Assembly (NCBI GenBank): GCA_977017645.1
Contig: OZ360228.1
Location: 84,630,001-84,694,000 of the forward strand
Length of the DNA stretch: 64,000 bases
Source: Torpedo marmorata
Taxonomy: Eukaryota
Direction: 5' to 3'
Below are positions 12,978 to 26,260 of the stretch, in pieces. The stretch's first letter is position 1. Each line of letters opens with the position of its first letter. Below the pieces are notes generated by a model. That model searched no databases, was not told the DNA's origin, and was given only the letters and a program-made list of their open reading frames with translations. A program made the position numbers and the translations under genes.

Positions 12978-13037
12978 TTCATTGTGTCAGCTTGTCCGTT
13001 CACAAGAATATGCACAGGGACAAGCTGACACAATGAA
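12978..13037. repeat. Perfect 20-bp inverted repeat with 20-nt loop
   Basis: TTCATTGTGTCAGCTTGTCC (12978-12997) / GGACAAGCTGACACAATGAA (13018-13037). Confidence 0.9.
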
Positions 13038-13608
13038 ACTATATGCTGCCCGCCACGTGATGACAGTGTGCTCACTCAGGCTTCAGTGAACACACAAGTC
13101 TTACACACGGAGCATCTGCATCAAATCTGAGGAGCTTGTTCAGATCATGAGGTCACTTAATGACCCAGTTTTAGAAAGAAAATCCCTTGCGTAGTGCACA
13201 AATCACCTTGTCATGTGAAAGAATCTCAAGGTGTTTCCCTTTCTCAGCGAAGAAACAAGGATGTGTGAATTTAGATGGTAACACTGGGAAATTGACAGAG
13301 ATTTAAAATTTTATATCCAGATACACCCTGAAATTCCTTTAATCTTTTCCACCTTGAATCAATTTTCCAAATATCAAAATTCTACAGGTTTTGCTGTGAG
13401 TTAGCCAACATGCTGTTACTTCCATGTAAACAATCCAAACATTGCTCACTTTAAAGCACAAAACATTGGCATTGTGACTCTGAAGAAGAGTGACCTGCTC
13501 TTTAACCCACTTCCTCTGGCAGAACTGAAGAAGTGACAAGAACTGAGAGCATCCACAATGCAAACAGAACAGTTAATTTCCATTTCCATGGAATTTCAGG
13601 ATCAACTA

Positions 13609-13896
<288 letters not shown>

Positions 13897-14269
13897 CTAG
13901 ATCCAATATCATTTGTAAAGAATTATATACCAATTTAACATTGTAATTTTAACGGATTTCTTATAGAACCATGAAGGCACATTACAGAAGTTTACTCAAT
14001 TTTGACATATGCACTTGTGAAGAGGACATTTGGTGTAAGTGATTGCATGAAAGTACTGTTTTTGGTAAAGTTTTCTGCTTAGAAAAAGATTAATTTGCAT
14101 CATGTAAACCTTTCTTGCCTGTATTCCAACATGCCTGAGAGATACAGCAGTACATCATTGTATCAACTGACCACTGTGCTAACATATTATCTTCATTAGC
14201 TGTGACCATTTACAATAAGCACATTACATTGATATTTTCAGAATAGTTGCATAAAATGCTGGTGAGTCA

Positions 14270-14840
14270 ATAGAACTTAGAACAGTACAGCACTGGAACA
14301 GGCTACTCAGCCCATGTGTCTGTGACAGACATGGTGCCCAAATTAAACTTAAACTCTGCTTCTTGCACATGATACACAGCCTTCTATTTCCTGCATAATT
14401 CATTTGTCTACCTAGAGGCCTCTTAAACACCACTATAGTATATACTTACACCACCACCCTTGGCAGCTCATTCCAGGCATTTAGCACTCCGTGTAAACAA
14501 ATTGCCCACACATCTCCTTTAAATGTTCCCCCCCCCTCCCCATCCTCAATTTAAATGCTTCTATTATGTGACATTTTTTTAAATCCTGGTGAAAAAAGAT
14601 TCTGACTGTTTACCTTTTCTATACTTCTCATAATTTTATAAACTTCTTTCTGATCCCCTCTCTGATGCTCCATAGAAAACAGCCCAAGTTTGCCCAACCT
14701 CTCCCCTTAGCTCATATACTCTAATCCAGGCAGTTTCCTGGTAAATCTCTTTTGTACCCTTTCCAAATCCTCCACATCCTTCCTGTAATGGGTGACCACA
14801 ATTATAATAAATATTCCAAGTGTGGCCTAGCCAAACTTTG
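14270..14840 (-). mobile_element. CR1 LINE 3' fragment
   Basis: CR1 ORF2 end and 3' tail on the minus strand. Confidence 0.75.
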
Positions 14841-14841
14841 A

Positions 14842-15150
14842 GTGCAATACACAAAAGTGCTGGAAAAACTCAGCAGGTCATGCAGTATCTATAGGAAACA
14901 AAGCGATATAACCAACATTTTGGGCCTGATCCTTTTGTCAAGGTATGAGCAAAAAGCAGACAGGCACCTGAATAAAAAGGTGGGGGGAGGAGAGGTGAGG
15001 AGGGAAGAAGGGGCAGGGGGAGGTGCACAGGCCAACAGGCAAGAGGTCATAGGTGGATATGCGTGGAGGGCAGAAGAGAAAAAAAGCTGAGGAGTGATGG
15101 GGAGGGGGTAGCTCTCTCAATGGAGGGGGTAGCTCTCTCAATGGAGGGGG
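14842..15150 (-). mobile_element. Penelope-derived terminal fragment
   Basis: Reverse complement matches the repeats at 49190-49798 and 25960-26260. Confidence 0.7.
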
Positions 15151-16574
15151 TTGTGGGGAGCCCCTTCTGCCTCTTTTTCTTTTACTATAGGGCAGTAATT
15201 GGCAAAATTGGATTTATTCTGTCTTTTGAGAGCAGATCACATCTTGGATATTTTCCACCTTGTGGAATACTTGGTGTAACTGAACTGAAGTGAAACATTT
15301 TGGCAAGAGGATTCGCTGGCTCTCAAGAACATCTGTAGCATTTAACATCTTTAATGAAAGGTGAATTATTTTTCCGACTGTGGGAATGAAAACTTGGCAG
15401 CTCAGCTAGGCAGATGTGCGGAGATGAACAGCATGTTTCCGAAATCACTGTGTCACGCAGGTATTTAAATCTTCATGGTTGCGCTTTTACTGGTGATGAT
15501 GATTTTCTCCACCAGAAAACTGCCAACTGGTCAAGTTAGATAAATAATTTGCAATTTGATATTTGCATCTGTGGAATGTCACCACTAAGGTTATGTTAAG
15601 GTTAGGATTGGGATCTGCAGTCTTTGTGTTTCAGTAGTAGATATTCATAGTGAAGTAAATCAGGCTATTTAGTATCACTGCAAAACACAGCAAATAGAAA
15701 TGATAACAGGTCTTTCACGCTTGATTCAAGATAGTGTATATTCACCTTTTGAAGTTTGTCATTCACTTAAGTCTGTTGAGTTGCTAGAGGATATAGAAAT
15801 TTATTTCAAATCTAACATTTACCTAGCTTTTGCAAATTTATACACATGAAAAAAAACTTATTTTCAAAACTTTTATGTATAGCAAAACTAAAGGTACAGC
15901 ATAATTCAACTGTGCACTGATCAAAAAGCAAATTCAAGAATAATGTCAGAAAATGCAAATGCTGTCTGCTGCATAAAGTACTTTTCTAGGTGTTGGAGTT
16001 GGGGCTGGGGGAGACAGTGAGGAACAGAGTGCGAAAAGCCAGTTCAGTGGTGTGATTAATGGAGGAGGGGTGCGGGTAAACTGATGGCTCTCCGTGTGTA
16101 TTTATCACAGTAATAATCCAATCCAAATCCACAAAGTTAAAGGATCAGAAAGAGAAACAAGCTTTGTTAAATTTACAAATTATTATTGCTAATGGCACCT
16201 TATCCTGAGATCTTGATAAGTATCAAAAAAGCACTTCACTCTTCTAGAAAGGATCACAACTTGGTTAAGATTATATTGTACCCACATCTTCATTTCATAA
16301 CTGTGTATTTTTACAAAACTTGTATTTTACCTCTTTAGATATAGAAAACAATGGTAAAGATCACAAAACTGGTAAATGTTCAGAAATATACAAGATCATT
16401 TAAACATGAATATTTTTGTTCACTCCTACAATTATATCCTGCCAATTCATAATTTGGTTGTGTTTGGTATTTTTAATAAAGCATGTTGTGATGAGACTGA
16501 AGATTCTGTTTTCCCCATATCTATGTCAGATTTCACATGCAAGACCAGACATGGCAAACATTGCCTCAGAATGG

Positions 16575-17860
16575 AGCAAACGATGGGGAGCAGGAGGAAT
16601 TCTTCAGATCAGGCAGCATCCACGAGTGGAAATGGTCCATCAACATTTCAGGTTGGACTCTATCAAGACTAAAGTAGGAAGGGGTGATATCAAGGGGAAA
16701 GGAGTGGGAGAGACAAGCTGGGGAGGGGTGAAGAGAGTAGACAGAAGGGAGAGACAGGTTTGAGGGAAAAATCATTGGGGGGATGTGGGGAAGTTATGCA
16801 AATTTACCTAAAATCGGAAAAATCAATGTTCATATGACTGGGCTTAAGGCTGTCCAAAAGGAATATGATGTGTTGTTCCTCAAGCTTATGTTTGGCCTCA
16901 CCTTGGCAATAGATGAGGCCAAGAAAAGACATGTCTCTGTGGGAATGCTGAGGGGAATTGAAATGATTGGCTAATGGGAGTTCCTCTTAAACCTGCAGCA
17001 AGAGAGCAGGTGTTTGGCGAAGCAGTCATCCAGCTTATGTTTGATATAGAGGCCACATTGAATGCAGTGGATTAGGTTGGACGATGTGCATGGGGAGCTC
17101 TGGATTGTCTCTTTGTGGCCCTGGATGGAGGTGAGGGGGGAGATGTAGGAACAAGTTTTGCACTTTCTGTGATTACAATGGGAAGGGCCTAAGGGAGTGG
17201 AAGGGAGGAAAGAGCTGTCCAGGGAGTCTCAGAAAGAGGGCAGGGTGGAAGTTGGCAGTGGTTAATGGAATTGTCGAGTTCTGCACGGGTACAGGAGGTA
17301 GCACCAATGCAGTTGTTGATGTAGCAAAAGAAGAGCTGGGGAGTGATACCCAAGTAGAATTACAACAGGGACTTTTCCACATACCCAGCTAAAAGGCAGG
17401 CATAGCTGGGGCCTACACGTGTGCCCATGGCTACACCTTGGTTTTAGAGAAAATGGGACGATTCACAGAAGTTAAGAGCAAAGACAAGCTCAGCCAAGCA
17501 GAGGAGATTGTTTATAGAGGGTGACAGAATGGCTTTAAGTTCAGGTCAGAAGCAGATGGCCCTTCCTGAGAGGGAATTCATGTGTAAAGGGCTGCACATC
17601 AATGCTGAAGATGAGGCTGTGGGGATCAGAGAATTAGAATTCTTCTGAGAGGTGGAGAGTGCGTGTCATGTCCTAGATGTCAGAGGGAAGGGACTAGACG
17701 AGGCCAGACAAGATGGTGTTGAGGTACGAGAAGATGAGTTCAGTGGGGCAGGAACAGGCAGAAATAATGGGTCTCCCAGGGCAGTTCTGTTTGTGAATTT
17801 AGGAGATTGAAGTTGGTGGTGCAGGGTTGGAGATGCATCACGTTGGAGGCAATGGCGGAA
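16575..17860 (-). mobile_element. Penelope-like element, decayed RT and GIY-YIG
   Basis: Minus strand encodes GVAMGTRVGPSYACL... and ANFHPAL remnants plus the terminal repeat. Confidence 0.8.
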
Positions 17861-17989
17861 TTATTTGTCTGGTATAGGTATCAATTCAGACTCCCTTCGA
17901 ATCCCAGATTTCCAAAAGCAGTCAAAATTATTGAAAGGAGCCAGATTCTTTCTCATCTACATCTTAGTGTCAAGTAACGTTTTGCCTTA

Positions 17990-18109
<120 letters not shown>

Positions 18110-19998
18110 TTACCTGTCGGCTGATTCCACTTTTGTTTGCAGAAGGTGAAAGACTTTGGAAGGTGTGCGTGGCGGGCATTACTGAGAGAATCAATACTGT
18201 TTTCATGTAAATCCATCCCAGCCTATATTGTTTTACTAAATGGAGATCAAAGTGAAACCCAAAGCCTGAATTCTGCAAATTCATAAGAGTCCAGCAGACA
18301 GCTGAAAGACATTTCCAGTTATACTGAATGGCTCAGAAAAATGTAGCATTTAAATCACATTCTATCTTTTTGATAAAGTGCAGAAATACTCCGGAACAAA
18401 AACATTACAGTGATTACAGTGCAATTATACTCCATGTCAATGTTCTCTTCCCTTCTGCTGAATCACACAGGGGGCATACATAATTTATAATGGCCCAAAG
18501 ATAATTTAGTCTTTTACAAGCAAAACAGCTAATTTTGTGAGCAATCAATATACATTAAATCTATTAATTCTGAAAAAAATGATTTAATTAAAGCAATATG
18601 GATTGTACCACTGACCACCTTCAGTGTTTAGGTCACCTTAGTGCCAAAGGCTGGTATAAAATGGGTGTGTGTTAAGTTTTTTAATAAACTGTGTTAACCA
18701 AATCAGAATATATTCCATCAGACTGATTCTCTGGAGATGAGCCATTTCCTTTTACTGATAGTGACAAAACATCACTCCCTGCAACAGAAAAGGAAGCTAT
18801 TCCAATTAAATGACAGAACTGTGATGTGAACAAAAAAAGAACATATTAGATAAACCATTCCTCATTCAATTGAGGGAAAATGAGGTATAAAATTAATCGA
18901 TGGACACCTTTTATCAAGCTGATGATTTTTCATCATTAAACTATAACACAAAAACAAAGCAAAAGCTGGTGAAAACAAAATATAGATAGAATCATGAATC
19001 CCAAATGTTTTTCTCTATTTTTGTTATTGTATTATCCTTTGTTCTGAATTAGATTTAAAACTAATTTCTGCAGCTTCTTCCACCTCTAAGTGTTCTTTGC
19101 TTTCAGGAAGAGACCGAGGCTTCTTATTGACACTGAAATGTGGTCAGCTGGGCTCACTCTGCTGTTTGATGAACTCACTATTGTAGATTATTTAAAACGC
19201 ATTGAACACTGCTTTGTAAAGTAAACCTAATGATTGGCACTATGATTAATTTGACACAATAAACATCTTTAACTTGCTGGCTATATGGCTTAGAGTCTGT
19301 TAATATGGTGAAATAGAATACTAAAGCAATTTGCTATACATTGATGCTGCTAAGTTTATTAACTTAATCCTAAAATGTTGAAGTTCCTACATTGTGAGTA
19401 TAATTACTGATTCAATTTGCATAACTTGTCAAATTAATCCACTGCAAAAAGTGGGGACAAATGAGGGTTCACATCTTGTGGTGATCCATGTTATCTCAAG
19501 TGTCACAGGAAGTGCCAATTTAACATGCAATGATTACTCCCAGGTGAGGACTTCCTCTGCCCAATCCTACACACTTTTAGATCGGCTTTTCCTGTTAAGG
19601 TCCACATCAGGTGTATTTGCCTTTAAGTTGCATCAGGAGTATCAAATGTACATTGCATAACAATAGGTCTTAAGACTAGCTTCTAACCTCCATAGGCAAG
19701 AACATTACGCAGAGAGACGGCAGTAATTCGGTTTCAAACTGCAATGTGTGTGCATGCTATTTGCATTTTGTGATTGAGTTGCATTTCAGTCACTCACATG
19801 GGGCACATAAACATATCCAGACCAGTCCTTCCTACATGCAGTTGAACTTTTAGCCACTGGAATGATCAGCCCCTTACAAAGTTGCACATGGCAAAGTAAT
19901 TGAACTGCTTTGGCACTTGGCAGATAGTTGAGATTCTGATTCCCAACAGCAGAAAAGCAAGAAGTGAGTTTGACGTGTAGAACTGTTTGCAATCTTAC

Positions 19999-20064
19999 CT
20001 GAAATATCTGAAGACCTTGAAGAGTTAAGCCCAGCATCAGTGAGGCTTCAATTTCTCTCTTATC
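19999..20064 (-). CDS. FRMD6: FRMD6 coding exon 7
   Basis: DKREIEASLMLGLTLQGLQIFQ; tttag acceptor, GTAAGA donor; 66 nt. Confidence 0.94.
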
Positions 20065-20302
20065 CTAAACAGAACAAAACACATCCTGAGCTAAATCAGG
20101 TAACACTTCACGCAGCAAAATGGTAGAGGTGTTCTAACAAATGAAGTGTGCATGGTGACTTAATTAGCTTTTTAGCTATGACAAGAGACAGAATAGACAA
20201 TCATCCGTGCAATATCTTCTAATAGCACTAAATAATTACAATGAAAATGCACCTCAACCTGATATTTCCTAATGAGGAATTTTTGTTTTTAGGAGTTCAG
20301 GT

Positions 20303-21275
20303 CTCAGATTTCAGATTTATTGTCAGAGTACATACATGACATCACATACAACCCCGAAATTCCTTTTTCCTGCGGGCGCACAGAATTACCATTAATTGGT
20401 GGTGCAAAAATAAACTGTATACAGCGTAAACATGTAAACAAATAAAAGAACTGTAAACAGATAATGAATGTAAACAAACTGACTGTGCAATACAGAGAGA
20501 ACAAAAAAAAAATCAATAAAATGCACAAGAGTCCTTAAATGAGTCTCTGATTGGGTTTGTCGTTGAGGAGTCTGATGGTAGAGGGGTAGCAGCTGTTCCT
20601 GAACCTGGTGGTGCGAGTCTTGTGGTATCTATACCTCTTTCCTGATGGCAGCAGCGAGAACAGAGCATGTGCTGGGTGGTATGGGTCTTTGATGATTGCT
20701 GCTGCCCTCCGACAGCAGTGTTCCCTGTAGATGTACTCAATAGTGGGGAGGGTTTTGCCTGTGATGTCCTGGGCTGTGTCCACTACTTTTTGGAGGGCTT
20801 TACGCTCAGGGGTATTGGTGTTCCCATACCAGACCGTGATGCAGCCGGTCAGCACACTTTCCACCACACATCTGTAGAAATTTGCCAAGGTTTCTGGTGT
20901 CATACCAAACCTCCGCAAACTCCTGAGGAAGTAGAGGCGCTGATGTGCTTTCTTCACGATGCCATTGGTGTGTTGGGTCCAGGAAAGATCCTCCGAGATA
21001 GTGACTCCCAAGAACTTAAATGTACTCACCCTCTCCACCTCTGATCCCCCAATGATCACTGGATTGTATACCTCTGGCTTTCCTTTCCTGAAGTCAACAA
21101 TCAGCTCCTTAGTTTTGGTGACATTTAGTGCAAGGTTGTTGTTGGTGCACCATTCAGCCAAGTTTTCAATCTCCATCCTGTATGCTGACTCATCCCCTTC
21201 CTTTATACAACCAACTACCATGGTATCGTCGGCAAATTTGTAGATGGTGTTATTGTCGTACCGAGCTACAGAGTC
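20303..21275 (-). mobile_element. Rex1/Babar-type LINE, 5'-truncated, open RT C-terminal frame
   Basis: ORF 20535-21350: IYKFADDT...NNLALNVTKTKELIVDFR...RFRNSCYPSTIRLLN; 3' tail tgacaataaatctgaaatctga. Confidence 0.9.
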
Positions 21276-21295
21276 CAATGGGTACAGGAAAGTCC

Positions 21296-21978
21296 AGAGG
21301 ACCTTTCCTGGACCCATCATACTAATGTCATCGTGAAGAAAGCACATCAATGCCTCTACTTCCTCAGGAGTTTGCGGAGGTTTGGTATGTTACCGGAAAC
21401 CTTGGCAAACCTCTACAGATGTGTAGTGGAAAGGGTGCTGACCAGCTGCATCACTGCCTAGTATGGGGGAACCAATACCTCTGAGTGGAAAGCCCTGCAA
21501 AAGGTAATGGACACAGCCCAGTACATCACAGGTAAAATTCTCCCCACCATTGAGAAAATCCAAATGGAATGCTGCCGTTGGAGAGCAGCAGCAATCATCA
21601 AGGATCCACAGCACCCAGGTCGTGTTCTGTTCCCGCTGTTAACATCAGGACAGGGGTACAGGTGCGACAAGACTTGTACTACTAGGTTCAGGAACAGATG
21701 CTGCCCTCCACCATTGGACTTCTACACAACAGACTTAATCAGAGACTCATTTAAGGACTCTTACTTTGCACATTATTTATTACTGAATATTTATTTTTCT
21801 GTATTGCAGTTTGTTTACATTTCTTCCTTTGTTTACATTTCTCTCTTTGGTATACATATCTTTCTTCTCGAGTACAGTCTACAGTTACCGATAAGTAGAA
21901 ATTCTGATTGGCCGATAGGATAAATCTCAGGGATGTACGTGATGTCATGTATGTACTCTGACAATAAGTTTGAATTTT
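21296..21978 (+). mobile_element. Rex1/Babar-type LINE, second 5'-truncated copy, opposite orientation
   Basis: EDLSWTHHTNVIVKKAHQ...AAAIIKDPQHPG; same type of 3' tail. Confidence 0.88.
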
Positions 21979-22044
21979 GGTGCTTGCTCTTCTGCTGCAT
22001 GAGAGTCTTGAGCTCTGACAAAGCACCAAATCAGAGACTGTATT

Positions 22045-23340
22045 TTGATCAATGCTTAATAACAAGAGGGAAAAATTCTCCTATTTTTAGGCACTTGCTA
22101 GAAATATGGAATAGAGTGGATAGAGAAATAGGAGCGAAAGGATCAATTTCTCGAAGAATGCCTCTATATCAAAATGAACTTATTCCATTTACTGTTGATA
22201 ATCAACTATTTAAAATTTGGTACCAAAAGGGAATTAAGGAAATAAATGATTGTTTTGAAGCTGGTAAATTTATTACGTTTCAGAGAATGAAAGATAAATT
22301 TAGTATAGCAAATAATACAATCTTTGCTTACTATCAAATTAGAGCGTTTTTAGGGGAAAGGTTGGGCCGCGGTTTGATCTTACCAAGACAGACTGAATTG
22401 GAATTATTAGTTACTAATGGAGGTGTGCCTAAATTTATTTCTCAAATGTACAGATTGTTACAGAGGAAACTTCCTAAAACAGGAATTCATAAATCAAGAT
22501 TAAATTGGGAAAAAGATTTGAATATAACAATAGATGAAGAACACTGGAAAAAATTATGTAAACAAAGTATGACGAAGATTATTAATGTTAGATATAGATT
22601 GGTGCAATATAATTTTTTTCATCAACTATATTTAACACCTAAAAGACTAAAGAAATTTAATCCGACATTATCTGGTTTATGTTTTAGATGTAATAAAGAG
22701 GAAGGTTCTTTTGTACATTCTACATGGTTTTGTCCAAAAGTTTATGATTTTTGGTTGAAAGTTAAAAATTTTTTAGATAAAGTATTAGGAACTACACTTC
22801 CAATGGATCCTATGATATTTTTGTTTGGAGATATTGAAGGAACCAGTGTTGGAGTGAAATTGAATATGTACCAGACGGAGTTTTTGCGTGTTGCTTTGGC
22901 CGTTTCTAAGAAATGTATTGCCACTACATGGAAGTCTGATGTAGATTTGGGGTTGGAAAGATGGCACGCAGAATTGCGTTCTTGCATACCACTCGAAAAA
23001 ATTACATATAATTTACGTGATAAGTATCATTTCTTTTTGGAAGTATGGAGCCCATATATAAAAATTGTGGGTTTAAGGATTTGAAGATCTCTGGACATCG
23101 GGTCTGGCTGGCGAGCCTATCCTCCACAATAAGATCAGTTTATAGTTGTTCTTTTTAGATTGACATTCTCCTTACTCTATCCTTTTCTTCTTCTTTCTTT
23201 CTTTTCGGGAGGGTTAGGGAGGGGAGGGTGGGAGGGAGGGGGGGGTGAAAATGTATCACATGTAATTTGAGAAATTTGCGTTTTAAACTGTGTATTGTGT
23301 GATTTAAAAATTTTAAATAAAATATTTTTTTTAAAAAAAG
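22045..23340 (+). mobile_element. L1-clade LINE, 5'-truncated, open ORF2 C-terminus
   Basis: Uninterrupted frame to 23084 with CFRC...HSTWFCP zinc motif and IPLEKITY; 3'UTR with AATAAA and A-run. Confidence 0.88.
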
Positions 23341-23799
23341 CTGTTGCATGAATGATCAATATCAAGTTGGCACTACCAATGGCCTTGTTGAGGTGCGATG
23401 GACTGGACAGAAACAATCCTATGCACTGTTTCAGGTCCCTACACAGGGTTGCTCCAATATCTACAACATGGCTGGTGCTTAGTGGAGGAGAACACATGTG
23501 ACCGTGGGACCGTCTCAAGCGTCTCTGGTCTTGGAAGATCCAAGTTATGGATTCATCATTTTGGCATGGGGAGCACCAGTCTAATGGCGGACAGGCAATA
23601 ACAGGGACACTAGAGGAGTGGCAGTGGTGTGTTCATAAATGCCATCATCCTGGGAAATGTCCGGTGGCGTTTGGCCAAACGAATAATCTGTCAGAGTTCT
23701 GCTGTGAGACTCCCTTGCAAATGTGCCAAGTGTATGAACTATCACGGCAACATCTCAGAAGCAAGTCTATGGCCAATTTAATTTACAATTTTCCCTCTC

Positions 23800-24445
23800 A
23801 AGAAATGGCTGAATTTTCATGTTTGATTCAAACATGAACCAAAGAGCTGAATTCCAAGGCAAGGCGAGAATGACTTGCCCTCAGTGTTAAGGAAGTATGT
23901 GACTCGGGTTGGCATCAAGAAGCCTTAGTATAAATGAAGTCAATGGACATCAAAGGGAAAGTGTTCCAATTGTTGGAGTCATACCTTGCACAAAGGAAGA
24001 TGGTTGAGATTGTTGAAAGTCCATCATCCCACCCCCAACATATCATCATATTTGTTCCTCAGGGCCTAACTAACAATCTTTATTCCATCTTAAGGTCAGA
24101 ATATGAATATTCAATGATGTTTGCACAAACATCCCTTCAAAACTCCTCATGAACTGAAACAGGAACATCCAGACAACATTTAGGCATAGGCAGATAAATG
24201 CCAAATGTCATACACGTCACAAAACTGCCACACAACTACATCTCCAACAAGAGAGAGTCTAACCACCAGCTCTTGACATTTAGTCATAACTGTTGTTGAG
24301 TTTGCACTTTCAAGATCTGGTGATTCAAATGGACCAGTCACACACCATAGCGATACCGTGGCTTCATGTGCAGATGAGGGCCAGGTATCCTGCAGTGAGC
24401 AACTGGCCCCTTCATATCCCGAAGCCTTTCCACCATCCACAACAT
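23800..24445 (+). mobile_element. Decayed CR1/L2-group RT fragment
   Basis: Remnants LESYLAQRKM...VPQG with many lesions. Confidence 0.6.
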
Positions 24446-24724
24446 CTACTAATCAATCTGTCTCTTTCTTGATCACACCTAATGAGTAAGCCTCTGCAGC
24501 CCATTTGGTTCGAGAATCCAAAAATTCCCCATCCTCTGGGTGCAGAATTTATTTCTGATCTCTGTCCTGAGTAGCTGATCTGTTATTTGAAACTGTGATA
24601 CTGATTCGGGACACCCCAGTCAGGGAAAACATCAATTTCACATCTACCCTGTCAAATGGTTTCAAACTTTTGCACATTACAATGAGATCACCTCTTATGC
24701 TTATAAACTCAAGAGTGTAGGCCT

Positions 24725-25242
24725 GGAGATCGCATTGGCGGTGGCCAGGAAATGTATAGCGGTCACATGGAAGTCTGATTCCCATCTAGGAATGACAAGA
24801 TGGAATGAGGAAATGTACAGTTGTGTTCTCCTTGAGTAGATTACCTATAATCTTAGAAATAGCTTTGATATATTTTTAAAGATTTGGACTCCATATTTAC
24901 AACACATGGCTATAAATCTATAACCAGGCCCCCCCCTCGCCTCCAGGACCTATGTCCATTTCCTCTTCAAAAATCCGAGTATGCCAAGTAATTTAAGCCT
25001 GCGGGGTGGACGACGAACCTCCAACGTCTTCTTTCCTTTTCTATTTCAACCTTTTCTTATTCTATTCCTCTTTTTTTTCTTTTAGGGGGGAATTGGGTTG
25101 GTGGGTTTTTCTTTGTTTGTAATTTTGTTGTTGTTTTTTAGTATAATAGTCAACAGACGAATATTATATTTGATGATGTATTACTTTTGTTATTGATAAT
25201 ATGTTTGGCTTTAAAAAATACAAATAAAATATTCCAAAAAAA
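24725..25242 (+). mobile_element. L1-clade 3' fragment nested in a minus-strand CR1 remnant (~24460-25300)
   Basis: Same ORF2 end as the 22045 element; 11-bp TSD AGTGTAGGCCT at 24714-24724 and 25243-25253. Confidence 0.85.
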
Positions 25243-25397
25243 AGTGTAGGCCTAGTCCTCATCATTGGACAAACCTGCCATCCCTGAAGTCAATCTGGTA
25301 CTGAATCAATCACTGAATATTATGTGACTGGAACATGCAGAGATTAATCAATCCTTAACTGCTTTGAAAATGTGCAAGGGCCATTGAACAACCCCAG

Positions 25398-26260
25398 CAC
25401 ATTATACGCCGGAATTTCCGGCACTTACTACAGGATCCCACCACAAGACACATTTTTCCTTCTCCTCCCCTCTCGGCCTTCCATAGGGACCGCTCCCTCC
25501 GCGATTCCCTCGTGCACTCATCCCTCCCCACCCATCGCACCCCCGGCACCTTCCCCTGTGCCCGCAGGAGGTGCAACACCTGCGCCCACACCTCCCCCCT
25601 CACCACGGTCCGGGGCCCCAAACAGGCCTTCCAAGTGAAACTACACTTCACTTGTACATCCAGAGAACTTATTTACTGCATCCGGTGCTCCCTTTGTGGC
25701 TTTCTCTACATCGGAGAGAACGGTAGTAGATTGGGAGATCGCTTTGCTGAGCACCTCCTTTCCGTCCGCAACAACAGCGACCTCCCAGTAGCCAACCATT
25801 TCAATTCCGGGTCACACTCCCACACTCACATGTCTGTCCATGGCCTTATGTACTATCCCACCCAGACTACCCGCAAATTGGAGGAACAACATCTCATTTT
25901 CCGTCTAGGCACTCTCCAGCCAGATGGCATTAACATTGACTTTTCTGCTTTCCACTAAACCTGCTTGTCGTTTCCTTCCCCTCCCCCCTCACCTGTCCCT
26001 GTTTTTTTCCACCCACCCAGCCATCCCTCCTCCCCCTCTTTGCTGCTGTCCCCTCCCTCCTTTCTCCACCTATCATCTCCTGCCTTTGCCACCCCCCCCC
26101 CCTTCCCCCCTCACTCTTTTGTTCGGACGCCTGCCGGCATTTTCTCATACTTTGATGAAGGGCTCAAGCCCGAAACGTCGGTTATGTATTTCTACCTTTG
26201 CTACATAAAAGACACTGTTTGACCTGTTGAGTTTCTCCAGCATTTGTGTTTTTTTTTTAC
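25398..26260 (+). mobile_element. Penelope-like element: GIY-YIG endonuclease and 3' terminal repeat
   Basis: ORF 25512-25958: CNTC...LIYCIRC...LYIGE...RLGDRFAEH...VANHF...LEEQHLIFRLGTLQPDGINIDF; hammerhead-like motif at ~26151-26185. Confidence 0.92.

Noticed and set aside
15101-15150. 21-bp tandem duplication (ggagggggtagctctctcaat)
   Set aside because: Small local duplication inside a Penelope remnant.
20535-21350. 271-aa ORF as a host gene (e.g. ALKBH8-like annotation)
   Set aside because: It is Rex1-type RT C-terminus, and its start comes from the adjacent inverted copy.
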